64,000 bases of DNA from Candidatus Hecatella orcuttiae. Lineage in GTDB: Archaea > Thermoproteota > Bathyarchaeia > Hecatellales > Hecatellaceae. Positions 19,217 to 28,719 of the stretch are shown here, one piece after another; within the stretch, counting starts at the first letter, position 1; every line of letters starts with the position of its first letter. The DNA is taken from contig MTLY02000003.1 in the NCBI GenBank assembly GCA_002011035.2, positions 128,001 through 192,000 of the forward strand. Reading direction: 5' to 3'. The position numbers and the translations under genes were made by a program. The notes beneath the pieces are model-generated. The model had not been told where the DNA came from and ran no database searches. It was given only the letters and a program-made list of their open reading frames with translations.

Positions 19217-19570
19217 GTGAAGCGGATGAGTTTCCACCTAAGAACAGCGCCGGTAACCGTTCTGCTGATAGCAATGGCGGCAGCCATGCTGGTAGCTTTT
19301 GCCTCCGCGCAAGAGACCCCCGAAGCGGTTGAAGCTGTGAAAACCATCGACTTAGGGCTGATGGCCATAGGCGCAGGCATAGCCATCGCCGTTCCCGGCC
19401 TTGGAGCGGCCCTAGGCTTATCGATGGCAGTATCCGCCATCGCAGCCGCAGGGGCAGAGAGGCCTGAGATCATCGGAAGGTTCTTCATCTTCGTAGTCTT
19501 CATCGAAGCTATAGCCATTTACGCTCTCATTGTAGCCATATTCATCATTTTGATGCTTCCAGCAGCTTGA
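19217..19570 (+). CDS. atpK: A/V-type ATP synthase proteolipid subunit K (c), single hairpin with an N-terminal leader
   Basis: IGAGIAI..GLGAALG, AERPE loop, FIEAIAIY with the ion-binding Glu. Confidence 0.92.
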   Translation: MKRMSFHLRTAPVTVLLIAMAAAMLVAFASAQETPEAVEAVKTIDLGLMAIGAGIAIAVPGLGAALGLSMAVSAIAAAGAERPEIIGRFFIFVVFIEAIAIYALIVAIFIILMLPAA

Positions 19571-19824
19571 AAAATTCCAACATAGTGTCGAAAGAAGACA
19601 GGCAGAACCCTTAGATATCTTTAGTTCCCTAGCTTAAAAAAGAGACGAGCGCCGAAGAACAATGTTGATGCTTTTTTATGTTTAAAAATAGTTTGCAGAA
19701 GATGTTTTATCGGAGACAACACTTGTTCTTGAACAGCTTAGCATAAGAAGCTGAAGTTGCAGATAAAGAGAATTTATTCAATTTTCACCATTCAGCTGGT
19801 GTTTGTCTTTCTGCTTTAACTATC

Positions 19825-20157
19825 TCACCTGATTAATTGGAGTGCTTTAGCTAGTTTATATCTTTGCCTTAACCTCATGATTTCGGCCTGAGCTTTTCTT
19901 TTGGCATGGAAAAGTTTTGGCTTAATGAGCGGCAGACGACGCCATCTCTCCAGTTTCGGAAGGTTTTTAGCCGATTCATATTCTGTTAAAAGCGACATGC
20001 TCTCGGATGAGATTGAAGCGTATTCAATAAATCTGGGGTATCTTTCTTTCACCCATGATAAGCCCATTCCGCTTAAGGGGCTTTTATATAGTTGTGCGCC
20101 GCGGATGATCTCTTCTCTTATCTGAAAGTCTGATTTCTCCCCCTCTTTCCGTGCCAA
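19825..20157 (-). CDS. Orphan basic hypothetical protein in an AT-rich tract
   Basis: 110-aa ORF with an AT-rich promoter-like upstream region; no recognisable motif. Confidence 0.45.
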   Translation of the reverse strand: MARKEGEKSDFQIREEIIRGAQLYKSPLSGMGLSWVKERYPRFIEYASISSESMSLLTEYESAKNLPKLERWRRLPLIKPKLFHAKRKAQAEIMRLRQRYKLAKALQLIR

Positions 20158-20359
20158 ATTACTTCACTGTGAAGTACGTTGGATTAAATGAATTAATAAA
20201 TTTTACCTTGGCGAACGTTGAATTTGCTGCATTTACTCACAAAGCCTACTGGGGCAGCTGTTAAAAAAAACTTAATCTGAAAACTTCGCAAGAAAGTTGG
20301 GGGAATTTGGTGAAACTGGTGTAGGCTGGCAAAAATACTAGAAACTTGGCGAATATTTT

Positions 20360-21601
20360 CTATCTAAGAAAAATCATGAAGCTTGTCAGAAGGATTTTTG
20401 AGATAAACCTAAAACTCCAAGGTCGTTTTAAAGTCGAACTGCCCAACTTTAGAATCAAAGGGAAAAACAGTCTAGACTGGTAGTCTGTGTCCCCGTATCT
20501 TTCAATTTCCCTCCGAAGCTTTTCCTCTTCGGCTAAGAAACGGAAGATGCAGTCCAATTCTTGGTCTGAAAATTCATCCAGCATTCTGCGCATTTTGGAT
20601 GTAAAGTTCAGCTCTCTTCCGAAGGCTTTTTCACAGACTACCGCGTAGTGGTTCGACATCTGCAGCCAAGATAACCCTCCAGCGAGGATTTGAGCTGCTG
20701 CTTCCCCCGCAGCCTTTCCAGCTTTTAACCCAAAGTAAATACCCCCTCCTGAGGTGGATTTGTTATGGCCAGCGGCTCCCCCTGCCAGCATCAGGTTGCC
20801 TCGGCAGCACTCCTTAACCGGGCCGTGGAGGGGGATTTCTCCTCCTTGAACGTGTTTCACTTTCCCCCTCCGGGTTTTCTTGGAAAGAACCGGATGGCTT
20901 CGGAGCGCCTTTTCTAGGCAGCTTCGGGCAGGAGTCTTCCAGAGGTCTCCCCGCACACAGAGGCCTACCCGGGCTCGCCCTGTATCCAAAGGGACTATCC
21001 AGCCGAAGAAGCCGGGAAACATCCTCCTCCCAAAATAGAGTTCCACCGCATCTACTTCGTTGAAGTCCACTCCCTCCATCTCATACTGGATTCCCTTCAG
21101 GCGGGGAAGCTGGCAGGGAAGACCTACCCTCTCCGCTAAGAGGGGCGTGGAGCCCTCAGCGTCGACTACTACCCTAGCTTCAACATACCTGATGTGGTCA
21201 TGCTTGACCTTGAGAAGGCAGTTCGGTTTGCCTAAGCCTTCTAAACCGTAGGCTTTAGCCTCAAGCAATAGCTCTGCTCCTGCGTCTAAGGCTCTCTCAG
21301 CGAGTTTTCTGTCCAGTTTCTCCCTGTCGACGATGTGAAATTCGCCCCTGTCCTTGAAGAGGGAGAACTGCAGGTTGCTGGGAGAGTAGAAGAAGGCGCC
21401 CCTCACGGTGTTCAGCACGCAGTCCCGGGGGAGGTTAAACTCTTGAAAGGCTCTGGCTGTAATCTTGCCTGTGCAGTGGGCCGGCCGCCCTATTTGGGAG
21501 TGCTCCTCCAGCAGCAAGGTTTTCAAGCCTGCTTTAGCCGCTGTGTAGGCGGCTGTGGAGCCCGTGGGACCAGCGCCAACTACCACAACGTCGTAGGTCA
21601 A
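20360..21601 (-). CDS. Geranylgeranyl reductase family flavoprotein (DGGR-like)
   Basis: DVVVVGAGPTG, HCTG, DREKLD, PGFFGWIVP, ARVGL, SGGGIYFG. Confidence 0.88.
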   Translation of the reverse strand: MTYDVVVVGAGPTGSTAAYTAAKAGLKTLLLEEHSQIGRPAHCTGKITARAFQEFNLPRDCVLNTVRGAFFYSPSNLQFSLFKDRGEFHIVDREKLDRKLAERALDAGAELLLEAKAYGLEGLGKPNCLLKVKHDHIRYVEARVVVDAEGSTPLLAERVGLPCQLPRLKGIQYEMEGVDFNEVDAVELYFGRRMFPGFFGWIVPLDTGRARVGLCVRGDLWKTPARSCLEKALRSHPVLSKKTRRGKVKHVQGGEIPLHGPVKECCRGNLMLAGGAAGHNKSTSGGGIYFGLKAGKAAGEAAAQILAGGLSWLQMSNHYAVVCEKAFGRELNFTSKMRRMLDEFSDQELDCIFRFLAEEEKLRREIERYGDTDYQSRLFFPLILKLGSSTLKRPWSFRFISKILLTSFMIFLR

Positions 21602-21701
21602 CCCAGCTCCTTCCGGCTATTTTTCGAAGGCTCAAAACTATTTATGGGTAAACATAATTTTTAAAGGCTGAAGCTAGAGCCGACTGCGAGGGTCTCCGGT
21701 T

Positions 21702-22409
21702 TTGAAACTTCTGGTCAGCGTTGTTGACAAGGCGGAAGCCTTGGAGGCTGCGAAGGGTGGAGCCCACATCGTCGATGTGAAAAACCCTGAGGAGGGCGCC
21801 TTGGGAGCCAATTTTCCTTGGATAATCCGCCAAGTTAGGAAGTCGATCCTCAGCCAGGTTGAGGTAAGCGCAACCCTAGGAGACCTACCCTACCTGCCGG
21901 GAACAGCCTCCCTCGCCGCCTTGGGCGCAGCGGCTTCCGGAGCCAATTACGTGAAGGCAGGCCTCTACGGGGTTAAAACCGTGGAGGAAGCCGTCAAGCT
22001 TCTCACAGGGGTGAGAAAGGCCTTGGAAGGCTTGAAGCCCAAGGTTCAAACCATTGCAGCCGGCTACGCTGACTACGAGACTTGGGGCTGCTTGAGCCCT
22101 TGGAAGCTACCCCTCGCCGCCTACAAGGCGGAGGTAGACGGGCTGATGGTCGACGTGAAAAGAAAAAACCTCCAAAACCTCTTCGATCACGTTCACCTAG
22201 GAGAGTTAAAACTTTTCGTCCAGGAAGCCCACACCTACGGGTTAAAGGTTGCCTTAGCAGGGGGCCTAACCGCCGAAAACCTAGAAGCCCTCCGGGATAC
22301 AAGCGTGGACATCGTCGGCGTCCGTAGGTCCGTTCTTTCAGCCGCCGGAAGGGTGGACAGAGAAAAAGTGAGCCGGATGCTTGAAGCTACAAGTTTCCCA
22401 GAGCGCTGA
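21702..22409 (+). CDS. mfnB: (5-formylfuran-3-yl)methyl phosphate synthase (methanofuran biosynthesis)
   Basis: KLLVSV, DVKNPEEGALGANFPW, SATLGD, YVKAGL, ALAGGL, DIVGVR. Confidence 0.92.
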   Translation: MKLLVSVVDKAEALEAAKGGAHIVDVKNPEEGALGANFPWIIRQVRKSILSQVEVSATLGDLPYLPGTASLAALGAAASGANYVKAGLYGVKTVEEAVKLLTGVRKALEGLKPKVQTIAAGYADYETWGCLSPWKLPLAAYKAEVDGLMVDVKRKNLQNLFDHVHLGELKLFVQEAHTYGLKVALAGGLTAENLEALRDTSVDIVGVRRSVLSAAGRVDREKVSRMLEATSFPER

Positions 22410-22434
22410 TGCAAACCCCTCGTTCAGGGAAACT

Positions 22435-23106
22435 CTAATCCGGTACTATTTCCGAACAGAGAACCGAGCGGCCCTCCAAAATTCTCCGCATTCGCTCAGG
22501 CTTCCGACCGTTGACCACGAAGCAAGTCAGCTTCCCTTCAGCCAAAAGCCTCGGAAGCTCAGCGTCGACGCAACTCCACCTCCGCCGGACTTGAAGCTCG
22601 CCTACGGTGAGCTGAGGAATGAGCTTGCCGCCGCCTTTCTTCGGGTCTTGGGTGAAAATTCCGTCCACATCCTTGAGAAGGAGAAGTTTATCCGCCTTTA
22701 GGCGGAGGGCTAGGAAGGCGGCGATGGAGTCGGAGGTTACATCCCAAGAAGCCCTCAGAAGCCTAGAGGCCGCTGTAAACCGAGAGGGGAGAAAAATCGG
22801 AAGGCCGCATCTCCCAAGCAAGATTTCCACCTCCTCCAATCTGCTCACAGTATGAGAGGCGGGTATGAAGCTGTGAAGGAGAAGGCCGAACTGGTCCATG
22901 GCCAAGACAGCCATCCGGTGGGCTGTCTGAGGCGGAAGGCTGAATTTTCGGTCCAGCGCCCTCACAGCATCCGCTAGAGGGCCTCCCCCCGGGACGATGA
23001 GCAGTCGATGCCGATGGGACAGCCGGCTGAGGGTTTTGCAAAGCTTCTTCAAGGCCTGAGGATACTCAGTTAGGCTGCCTCCCACCTTCACCACGGCTTC
23101 CACCAT
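22435..23106 (-). CDS. mfnE: Amino-acid-kinase family protein, [5-(aminomethyl)furan-3-yl]methyl phosphate kinase
   Basis: VKVGGSL, VPGGGPLADAVR, AHRMAVLAMDQ, SWDVTSDSIA, KDVDG; position in the mfn cluster. Confidence 0.85.
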   Translation of the reverse strand: MVEAVVKVGGSLTEYPQALKKLCKTLSRLSHRHRLLIVPGGGPLADAVRALDRKFSLPPQTAHRMAVLAMDQFGLLLHSFIPASHTVSRLEEVEILLGRCGLPIFLPSRFTAASRLLRASWDVTSDSIAAFLALRLKADKLLLLKDVDGIFTQDPKKGGGKLIPQLTVGELQVRRRWSCVDAELPRLLAEGKLTCFVVNGRKPERMRRILEGRSVLCSEIVPD

Positions 23107-24189
23107 CTAAACTTCCCCTCCTCCTCCGCCGTAACGCTCCGCCGCCATCAACGCCGCTGCCCCTGCGGGAGCTGTCTTCGATATAGCAAGGCCTGTAAGC
23201 TCGTCAAGGTTGACAACTTGGCGAAAACCAGCCTTTAATGCCGCTTTCCGAGCTAAAAATTCAGCCCCTAGGCCTGCGGTCACCACGGGTATGCGGTTCT
23301 TATCCAAAGCAGGGAGGGCTGCGGCTTCAAAAACTTGGTTCAAGGCCTCTGCTATCTGGTTCACCTGTTCCCCTGCGACAAACTGGGCTATTTCCTCAAC
23401 CTCCGTCTCCCCCAGCATGCTCAAATCTGCGCAGACAACCCTCGCCAGCCTGGCTGAGGCTTCAGACTTGGTGACTCCTCTCCCATCGCTGGTTTCCACG
23501 GTGTACTCCTCCTCTTTCAGGTTGCCGAGGATTAGGTGGACGTCGCCGGTGGTGGCGAAGAGCTCCGAGGAAACCCTCACTCTCCCACCGCCCAGAGGAA
23601 TAGACTTGACCACCGCGGCGACGTTGGTCCTGAGGGCACCTGTGTAAACCAACTCCCCGCAGCCCAGCTTTTCCAAATCGGTTTTACCCCGCGCAGCAGT
23701 CTTGCTTGCGAGAACGGGGATGATGCTGGTGGTGGTGCTGCCCACGTCTACCACGAGGCCGTTGCTCAGGTAGCGGGCGACCAGCCATCCTGTGGCAGCC
23801 CAGTTGGCTGAAGCCACCCGGAGGGGGCTGAGCTTGGCTTCCTCAGGGGAGATCAGGCTTCCTTCCACGTCCACGATGCCTAAGGGTGAATCGCCGAAGG
23901 CTTCCCCCACGCAGGATATGATATAAGCTACGCCTTCTCCCTTGGTCTGAAAAACATCGGAGAGTTCCGCCGTCATGGTAACGCCTACGCCGTCCCAGCT
24001 GCCCGAGGGGGAACCTGCCATCCGTCTTCCCAGTCCCCTGAGAAGAGGGAGAAGACGGTCTTTGCCCTGCTTCCAAATGGGGAAATACTGGACATCTGTC
24101 CGGAGTTTTTTCTCTCCCCCCTCAACTTTTTGTAGGCAGGCTGCTTTAACGTTCGCTCCGCCTACGTCCAACCCCAAGGTTTTTATCAT
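23107..24189 (-). CDS. mfnF: Hydantoinase-A-like methanofuran biosynthesis protein
   Basis: GLDVGGAN, TMTAELSD, ASANW, DVGSTTT, ELVYTGALRTN, SSELFA, ARLARVVCAD. Confidence 0.88.
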   Translation of the reverse strand: MIKTLGLDVGGANVKAACLQKVEGGEKKLRTDVQYFPIWKQGKDRLLPLLRGLGRRMAGSPSGSWDGVGVTMTAELSDVFQTKGEGVAYIISCVGEAFGDSPLGIVDVEGSLISPEEAKLSPLRVASANWAATGWLVARYLSNGLVVDVGSTTTSIIPVLASKTAARGKTDLEKLGCGELVYTGALRTNVAAVVKSIPLGGGRVRVSSELFATTGDVHLILGNLKEEEYTVETSDGRGVTKSEASARLARVVCADLSMLGETEVEEIAQFVAGEQVNQIAEALNQVFEAAALPALDKNRIPVVTAGLGAEFLARKAALKAGFRQVVNLDELTGLAISKTAPAGAAALMAAERYGGGGGEV

Positions 24190-25397
24190 GATCCTATTGG
24201 TGGATGCTCAGCCTTGAAAATCTTATCCAAAACCCTGCGGAGCCTCTGAGAAGCCTCAGAAAAGGTAGAGCCGTGGGCGACTAAGTATCCCTCTCTGGCC
24301 TCCGGCTGCCAGCGGGGCGGGAGGAAAAACTCCGCGCTTCCTCTGACCCTAGTTTGAGGCAGTTGAACCTTCTTGTAGACAGCGCTGCCCTTGGAGAAGA
24401 TTTTCTCGGGAAGCCTTCCATGGAAGGCTGAGCCTAGAAGGAGGGCGGCTGGGTTTTCCTCTAGGATTTTCCTCACCCCTAGGTAGGATGCAGTCAGCCG
24501 AAGGTTGATGTCCACCACCACCGGCCCGTGGGGAGTTAAGACCAAGTCAACTCCCACATAACCCCGCAGAGGCGCTAGGGCCCTTGCAGCCTTCACAGCC
24601 TCCTTTAAAGCAGCCTCTTTCAAGGGTGGAGCGTAAGGGGTGAAGCCGCCTAGGTAGTGGGAAGCTGAAGATGGTCTTCCCAAGGTTATCCACTGCTTGT
24701 TGAGGCTGAGGGGTTTCAGGTCCTTTCCGCTACAGAGGAGACTAACGCTGGCTGAGGCGCCCTTGAGGTATTCCTGAACTAGGAGCAGAGAGGCATGGGC
24801 CTCCTTTACCGTTTTCTCCAAGGCTGAAGCCACGTCTTCCTTCCGGTGAATTAGGCTGAGTCCGGTGCACCCTGCTTCTTGGTCAGGTTTGACTACGGCT
24901 GGGAAACCCACAGCCTCCACTGCTTTCTCTAAGCCTTTGCAGCCGTCTTGAACCTTCGCCTTCACGGTTTTGGGAACTTTCACTCCCGCTTTTCTCAAAA
25001 CCTCGTATACGGCCGACTTCCTCTGAAATTTTTTAACCGTTCCCGAAGGGCAGTTGAGGGACTGGCAGCCCCCTTCCTCCATCGTTTCCACAGCTTCACC
25101 TAAGGCGTTTCGAGTTTCAGGAGCTATGACCAAGGCGGCGTCAGCGGCAGCTGAAAGCTTTCGGACGGCAAAGTTTAACTCTTGGGGCGACTGGATGAAA
25201 ACCGCTTCGTCGACGCGGAGGAGGGAACGGGCGGTTTTCAGCCTCCGGTCTAGGGTAACGGCTACTTGGCAGCCTAAACTTTTGAGGTCGGATATGAAAG
25301 CTTTGAACATTCCATAGCCGTCGCAGAGAATCTCCGATGGTATGACTTCCCCGGCAAACCCTCCCCCGGCTGCGTATTCGAACACAAAAACCTTCAC
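24186..25397 (-). CDS. mfnD: ATP-grasp tyramine--L-glutamate ligase
   Basis: FEYAAGGG, LVIAPE, VVKP, QEYLKG, SLNKQ, GYVGVDLV, INLRLTASY. Confidence 0.82.
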   Translation of the reverse strand: MKVFVFEYAAGGGFAGEVIPSEILCDGYGMFKAFISDLKSLGCQVAVTLDRRLKTARSLLRVDEAVFIQSPQELNFAVRKLSAAADAALVIAPETRNALGEAVETMEEGGCQSLNCPSGTVKKFQRKSAVYEVLRKAGVKVPKTVKAKVQDGCKGLEKAVEAVGFPAVVKPDQEAGCTGLSLIHRKEDVASALEKTVKEAHASLLLVQEYLKGASASVSLLCSGKDLKPLSLNKQWITLGRPSSASHYLGGFTPYAPPLKEAALKEAVKAARALAPLRGYVGVDLVLTPHGPVVVDINLRLTASYLGVRKILEENPAALLLGSAFHGRLPEKIFSKGSAVYKKVQLPQTRVRGSAEFFLPPRWQPEAREGYLVAHGSTFSEASQRLRRVLDKIFKAEHPPIGS

Positions 25398-25560
25398 GGC
25401 TTATGATGCCCCAAGTTGACGTTTGCGGCCTCTGGAATGTTTAGGAAATCTTGGAGTTTAACCTTTTATTTTTTAACCCGCCTCCTGAGAGTCTTTCTTA
25501 CACTGGGAATTTCTAGGGTAAAAGTCATATGAAACAGTATAGACTTTATTTAGATGAGCA

Positions 25561-26445
25561 ATGTTGCTTGACTTCGAAAAAGGCGAAAGAGTTGCGAAAA
25601 CGTCCGTCGGCATATTCGCCGTTATCGGAACGGTGGAACTGATTTTCGGGATCCAGTCGGGCAGCATTGCTTTAACAGCGGACAGCGCCCACACCTTCAC
25701 CGATGCGCTTGTTTCCGCCATCACCTTTTTCGGGCTCAGAACCTCCCGACGCCCACCCGGAGGGAGATTTCATTTCGGCTACCATAAGGTTGAGACGTTT
25801 TCCGCCGTGCTATCCGCCCTGATAATGGTTGCTGTAGGTGTGCTTATCGTCTATAGGTCCTTTCTAGAGCTGAGGGCTCCTGAGCCTCTGACTGCTCATT
25901 TCCCTGCCATGGCCACGGCGTTGGGAGCCTCAACGGTTTTCCTTTTGCTCGGCCTCAACAAGAGGAAGACAGCGAAGAGGATTAACTCTAAATCTCTGAG
26001 CTTCGACGCCTTCAACACCTTGAAGAGCTCCGCAGCCTCGTTCTCAGCTTTCCTAGGCATCAGTCTCTCCTACCTGGGTTTTTTCCGGATAGACGCCGTC
26101 GCCGGCCTTGTCATCGGCGGTTTCATTTTTGCCGTCGCTTATATTACGATAAAAGAATCCTCTCTCATTCTGCTGGATGCATGTGCGTGCAGCGTCGACA
26201 CCTTGGAAACGGCTAGGAGACTGGTGGAAAGCGTGGAAGGCGTTAAGAAAGCTGAGGACATCCGGCTGAGAAGCGCAGGTCCCTTCATCATGGGTGATGT
26301 GGTGATAAAAGTTGACGGGAAAACAACCGTCCAAGAGCTTGAGGACATCAACGCCAAAATCGAGGATTCGGTCAGAAGCTATATTCCAAACCTTCTAAAG
26401 CTGATAATTCAACCCAAACCCTATGAGGAGGATGGACAGTCCTAA
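25561..26445 (+). CDS. Cation diffusion facilitator family transporter
   Basis: SGSIALTADSAHTFTD, FHFGYHKVE, six TM helices, C-terminal IRLRSAG domain. Confidence 0.9.
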   Translation: MLLDFEKGERVAKTSVGIFAVIGTVELIFGIQSGSIALTADSAHTFTDALVSAITFFGLRTSRRPPGGRFHFGYHKVETFSAVLSALIMVAVGVLIVYRSFLELRAPEPLTAHFPAMATALGASTVFLLLGLNKRKTAKRINSKSLSFDAFNTLKSSAASFSAFLGISLSYLGFFRIDAVAGLVIGGFIFAVAYITIKESSLILLDACACSVDTLETARRLVESVEGVKKAEDIRLRSAGPFIMGDVVIKVDGKTTVQELEDINAKIEDSVRSYIPNLLKLIIQPKPYEEDGQS

Positions 26446-26531
26446 GCACGAATGTACAAAACCGCCGGCATTCAGCCTTCAGGTGGAAAGGCTTAGATAT
26501 GGTTGCACTCCCCTCTAATGGGGGATGAATT

Positions 26532-26789
26532 TTGAGTCAGCCGCCAGTGAGCGAAGGAGAAGACTTGGACTTTGAAACCGTGAAAGAAGACTGGAACGAG
26601 TACAAGCTCAGCGACGGCTCAACCCTCAAGGTAAAGACCGTCCTCATAGGCGTTCGCCGGCTTAAAAACCAGTACACCCCCACCGGAGACCCTGTCTACG
26701 TTATCACCTCCCACAACGTGGTTCGGTCCCTCCACGTGCCTGAGAAACTTAAAAGAAGGCCAGCCCCGCCGGCTGGAACCACCATATGA
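26532..26789 (+). CDS. Small conserved hypothetical protein
   Basis: EDWNEYKLSDGSTLKVK..GDPVY beta-rich pattern; own TATA-like element and purine-rich leader. Confidence 0.7.
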   Translation: MSQPPVSEGEDLDFETVKEDWNEYKLSDGSTLKVKTVLIGVRRLKNQYTPTGDPVYVITSHNVVRSLHVPEKLKRRPAPPAGTTI

Positions 26790-26857
26790 GGGCTTGAGGA
26801 AACAACTTATAGCGGGAGAGCTCTAAGAGTTTATTGGCCTATTGATGGGAGTTAAAG

Positions 26858-28666
26858 ATGGTTGAAAGAATTTTTCCTGACACCTCCGTCATCGTAGACG
26901 GAAAGATAGTTCGCATGTTGGAGCGAGGAGAACTCAAGGCTGAAGAAGTGGTCGTTCCCTTGGTGGTGGTGGAAGAGCTTCAGGCTCAAGCCTCCAAAGG
27001 TCGGGACTCAGGCTTCATAGGGTTAAGAGAGCTGAAAAGGCTCAGAGCCGTGGGGGAGACTCGAGGCATTAAAGTTTCCTTCTCTGGCACTAGGCCTAGC
27101 TTAGACGACATCAAGCTGGCTAGAAGCGGTAGAATCGACGCCCTCATCATGGACATGGCCTTAAAGGAGGGGGGAACCCTCGTCACCGCGGACTATGTTC
27201 AAGCCTTAACCGCCGAAGCCAACGGCGCCAAGGTGGTCTACATTCCTCCCGAAGGCCGGCCGCCTAAGCTGAAGTTTGAAAAATACTTCACCCCCGATAC
27301 CATGAGTGTTCACTTGAAAGCGGGAGCCGCGCCCATGGCCAAGCGGGGCAAACCCGGCGCCTCCAAACTGGTGAAGTTGAGAGAGAGGCCTCTCACCGAG
27401 GAGGAGATGGAGAACACCATCAGGGAGATCCACGAAGTCAGCAGGCTCAGAGGGAAGGGTCTTTTCGAAATATCCATGAATAATGCCACCGTCATTCAGC
27501 TGGGAGACTACCGTATAGCCGTGGCTAGGCCTCCCTTCTCAGACGGCTTAGAAGTAACCATCGTCCGGCCTGTGGTGAAGCTGAGGCTGGATGACTACGG
27601 CTTATCTCCGAAACTCTTAGAAAGACTTCGGGACAAGGCAGAGGGTATCCTCATAGCTGGGCCTCCGGGCTCCGGGAAAACCACCTTCGCCTCTTCTCTA
27701 GCCCAGTTCTACATGGCTCAAGATAAGATCGTGAAAACACTGGAGGCCCCTAGAGACCTGCAGGTGGGGCCTGAAATCACCCAGTATGCTCCCTTGGAGG
27801 GGAGCTTCGAGAAAACAGCGGACATTCTCCTCCTCGTCCGCCCTGACTACACTGTTTTCGACGAGATCAGAAAAACTCAGGACTTTAAGACCTTCGCCGA
27901 CATGAGGCTGGCTGGAGTGGGCATGATAGGGGTAACCCATGCCAGCAGCCCCATCGACGCCATCCAGAGGTTCATAGGGCGGACGGAGTTGGGAATGATC
28001 CCCCACATCGTCGACACGCTGATTTTCCTCCGATACGGAACGGTGGAAAAAGTTTACGAGCTGAGTTTAACGGTCAAAGTCCCCACGGGGATGACGGATG
28101 AAGCCCTAACAAGGCCTGTCATAGAAATCAGAGACTTTGAAAGCGGCCGCTTGGAGTATGAAGTCTACACTTTTGGGGAGGAGAACATCATCGTCCCCGT
28201 CGCCCCCACCGAAGCCGCCAAGGTTCCCCCAGCCCGAAGGCTGGCTGAAACCCGGATTTTGGAGGAAATCCGCAGGCTCGCCCCCAAGGCTGAGGTGGAA
28301 CTGGTCTCCTCAGACCGGGCTGTGATCCGAGCGGACAGCCGAAGCATCCCCATGCTCATAGGCAGGGAGGGCGCCAACATCTCCAAGCTGGAGAAGAAGC
28401 TGGGAATCCGTCTGGATGTAAGGCCTCTCCGCGGCGAAGAGGGAAAACCCGTCAAATTCTCTTTAGAGGAAACCAAAAGCAGCATCGACCTGCTTTTCGA
28501 CCCTGAAATAGTAGGAAGCCAAGCCCGTGTTTATGTGGACGGAAAATTTCTTTTCGCAGCGACGGTGGGTAAAAAAGCTAGGATACGGGTCTCGAAACGA
28601 AGCCCTATGGGATGGGAGCTCGGGGAAGCTATCACAGAAGACCGGGAGATCACCGTAACAGTATAA
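26858..28666 (+). CDS. PIN-domain ATPase with KH domain (PINA/HJ branch-migration ATPase family)
   Basis: PDTSVIVDG PIN domain, GPPGSGKTT, LLVRPDYTVFDE, DMRLAGVGMIG, IGREG KH motif. Confidence 0.9.
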   Translation: MVERIFPDTSVIVDGKIVRMLERGELKAEEVVVPLVVVEELQAQASKGRDSGFIGLRELKRLRAVGETRGIKVSFSGTRPSLDDIKLARSGRIDALIMDMALKEGGTLVTADYVQALTAEANGAKVVYIPPEGRPPKLKFEKYFTPDTMSVHLKAGAAPMAKRGKPGASKLVKLRERPLTEEEMENTIREIHEVSRLRGKGLFEISMNNATVIQLGDYRIAVARPPFSDGLEVTIVRPVVKLRLDDYGLSPKLLERLRDKAEGILIAGPPGSGKTTFASSLAQFYMAQDKIVKTLEAPRDLQVGPEITQYAPLEGSFEKTADILLLVRPDYTVFDEIRKTQDFKTFADMRLAGVGMIGVTHASSPIDAIQRFIGRTELGMIPHIVDTLIFLRYGTVEKVYELSLTVKVPTGMTDEALTRPVIEIRDFESGRLEYEVYTFGEENIIVPVAPTEAAKVPPARRLAETRILEEIRRLAPKAEVELVSSDRAVIRADSRSIPMLIGREGANISKLEKKLGIRLDVRPLRGEEGKPVKFSLEETKSSIDLLFDPEIVGSQARVYVDGKFLFAATVGKKARIRVSKRSPMGWELGEAITEDREITVTV

Positions 28667-28719
28667 GCTGACCCGAAAAAGATTAGGCCGTATATGGCAT
28701 GGGTTTTCTGGGCGTGGGG

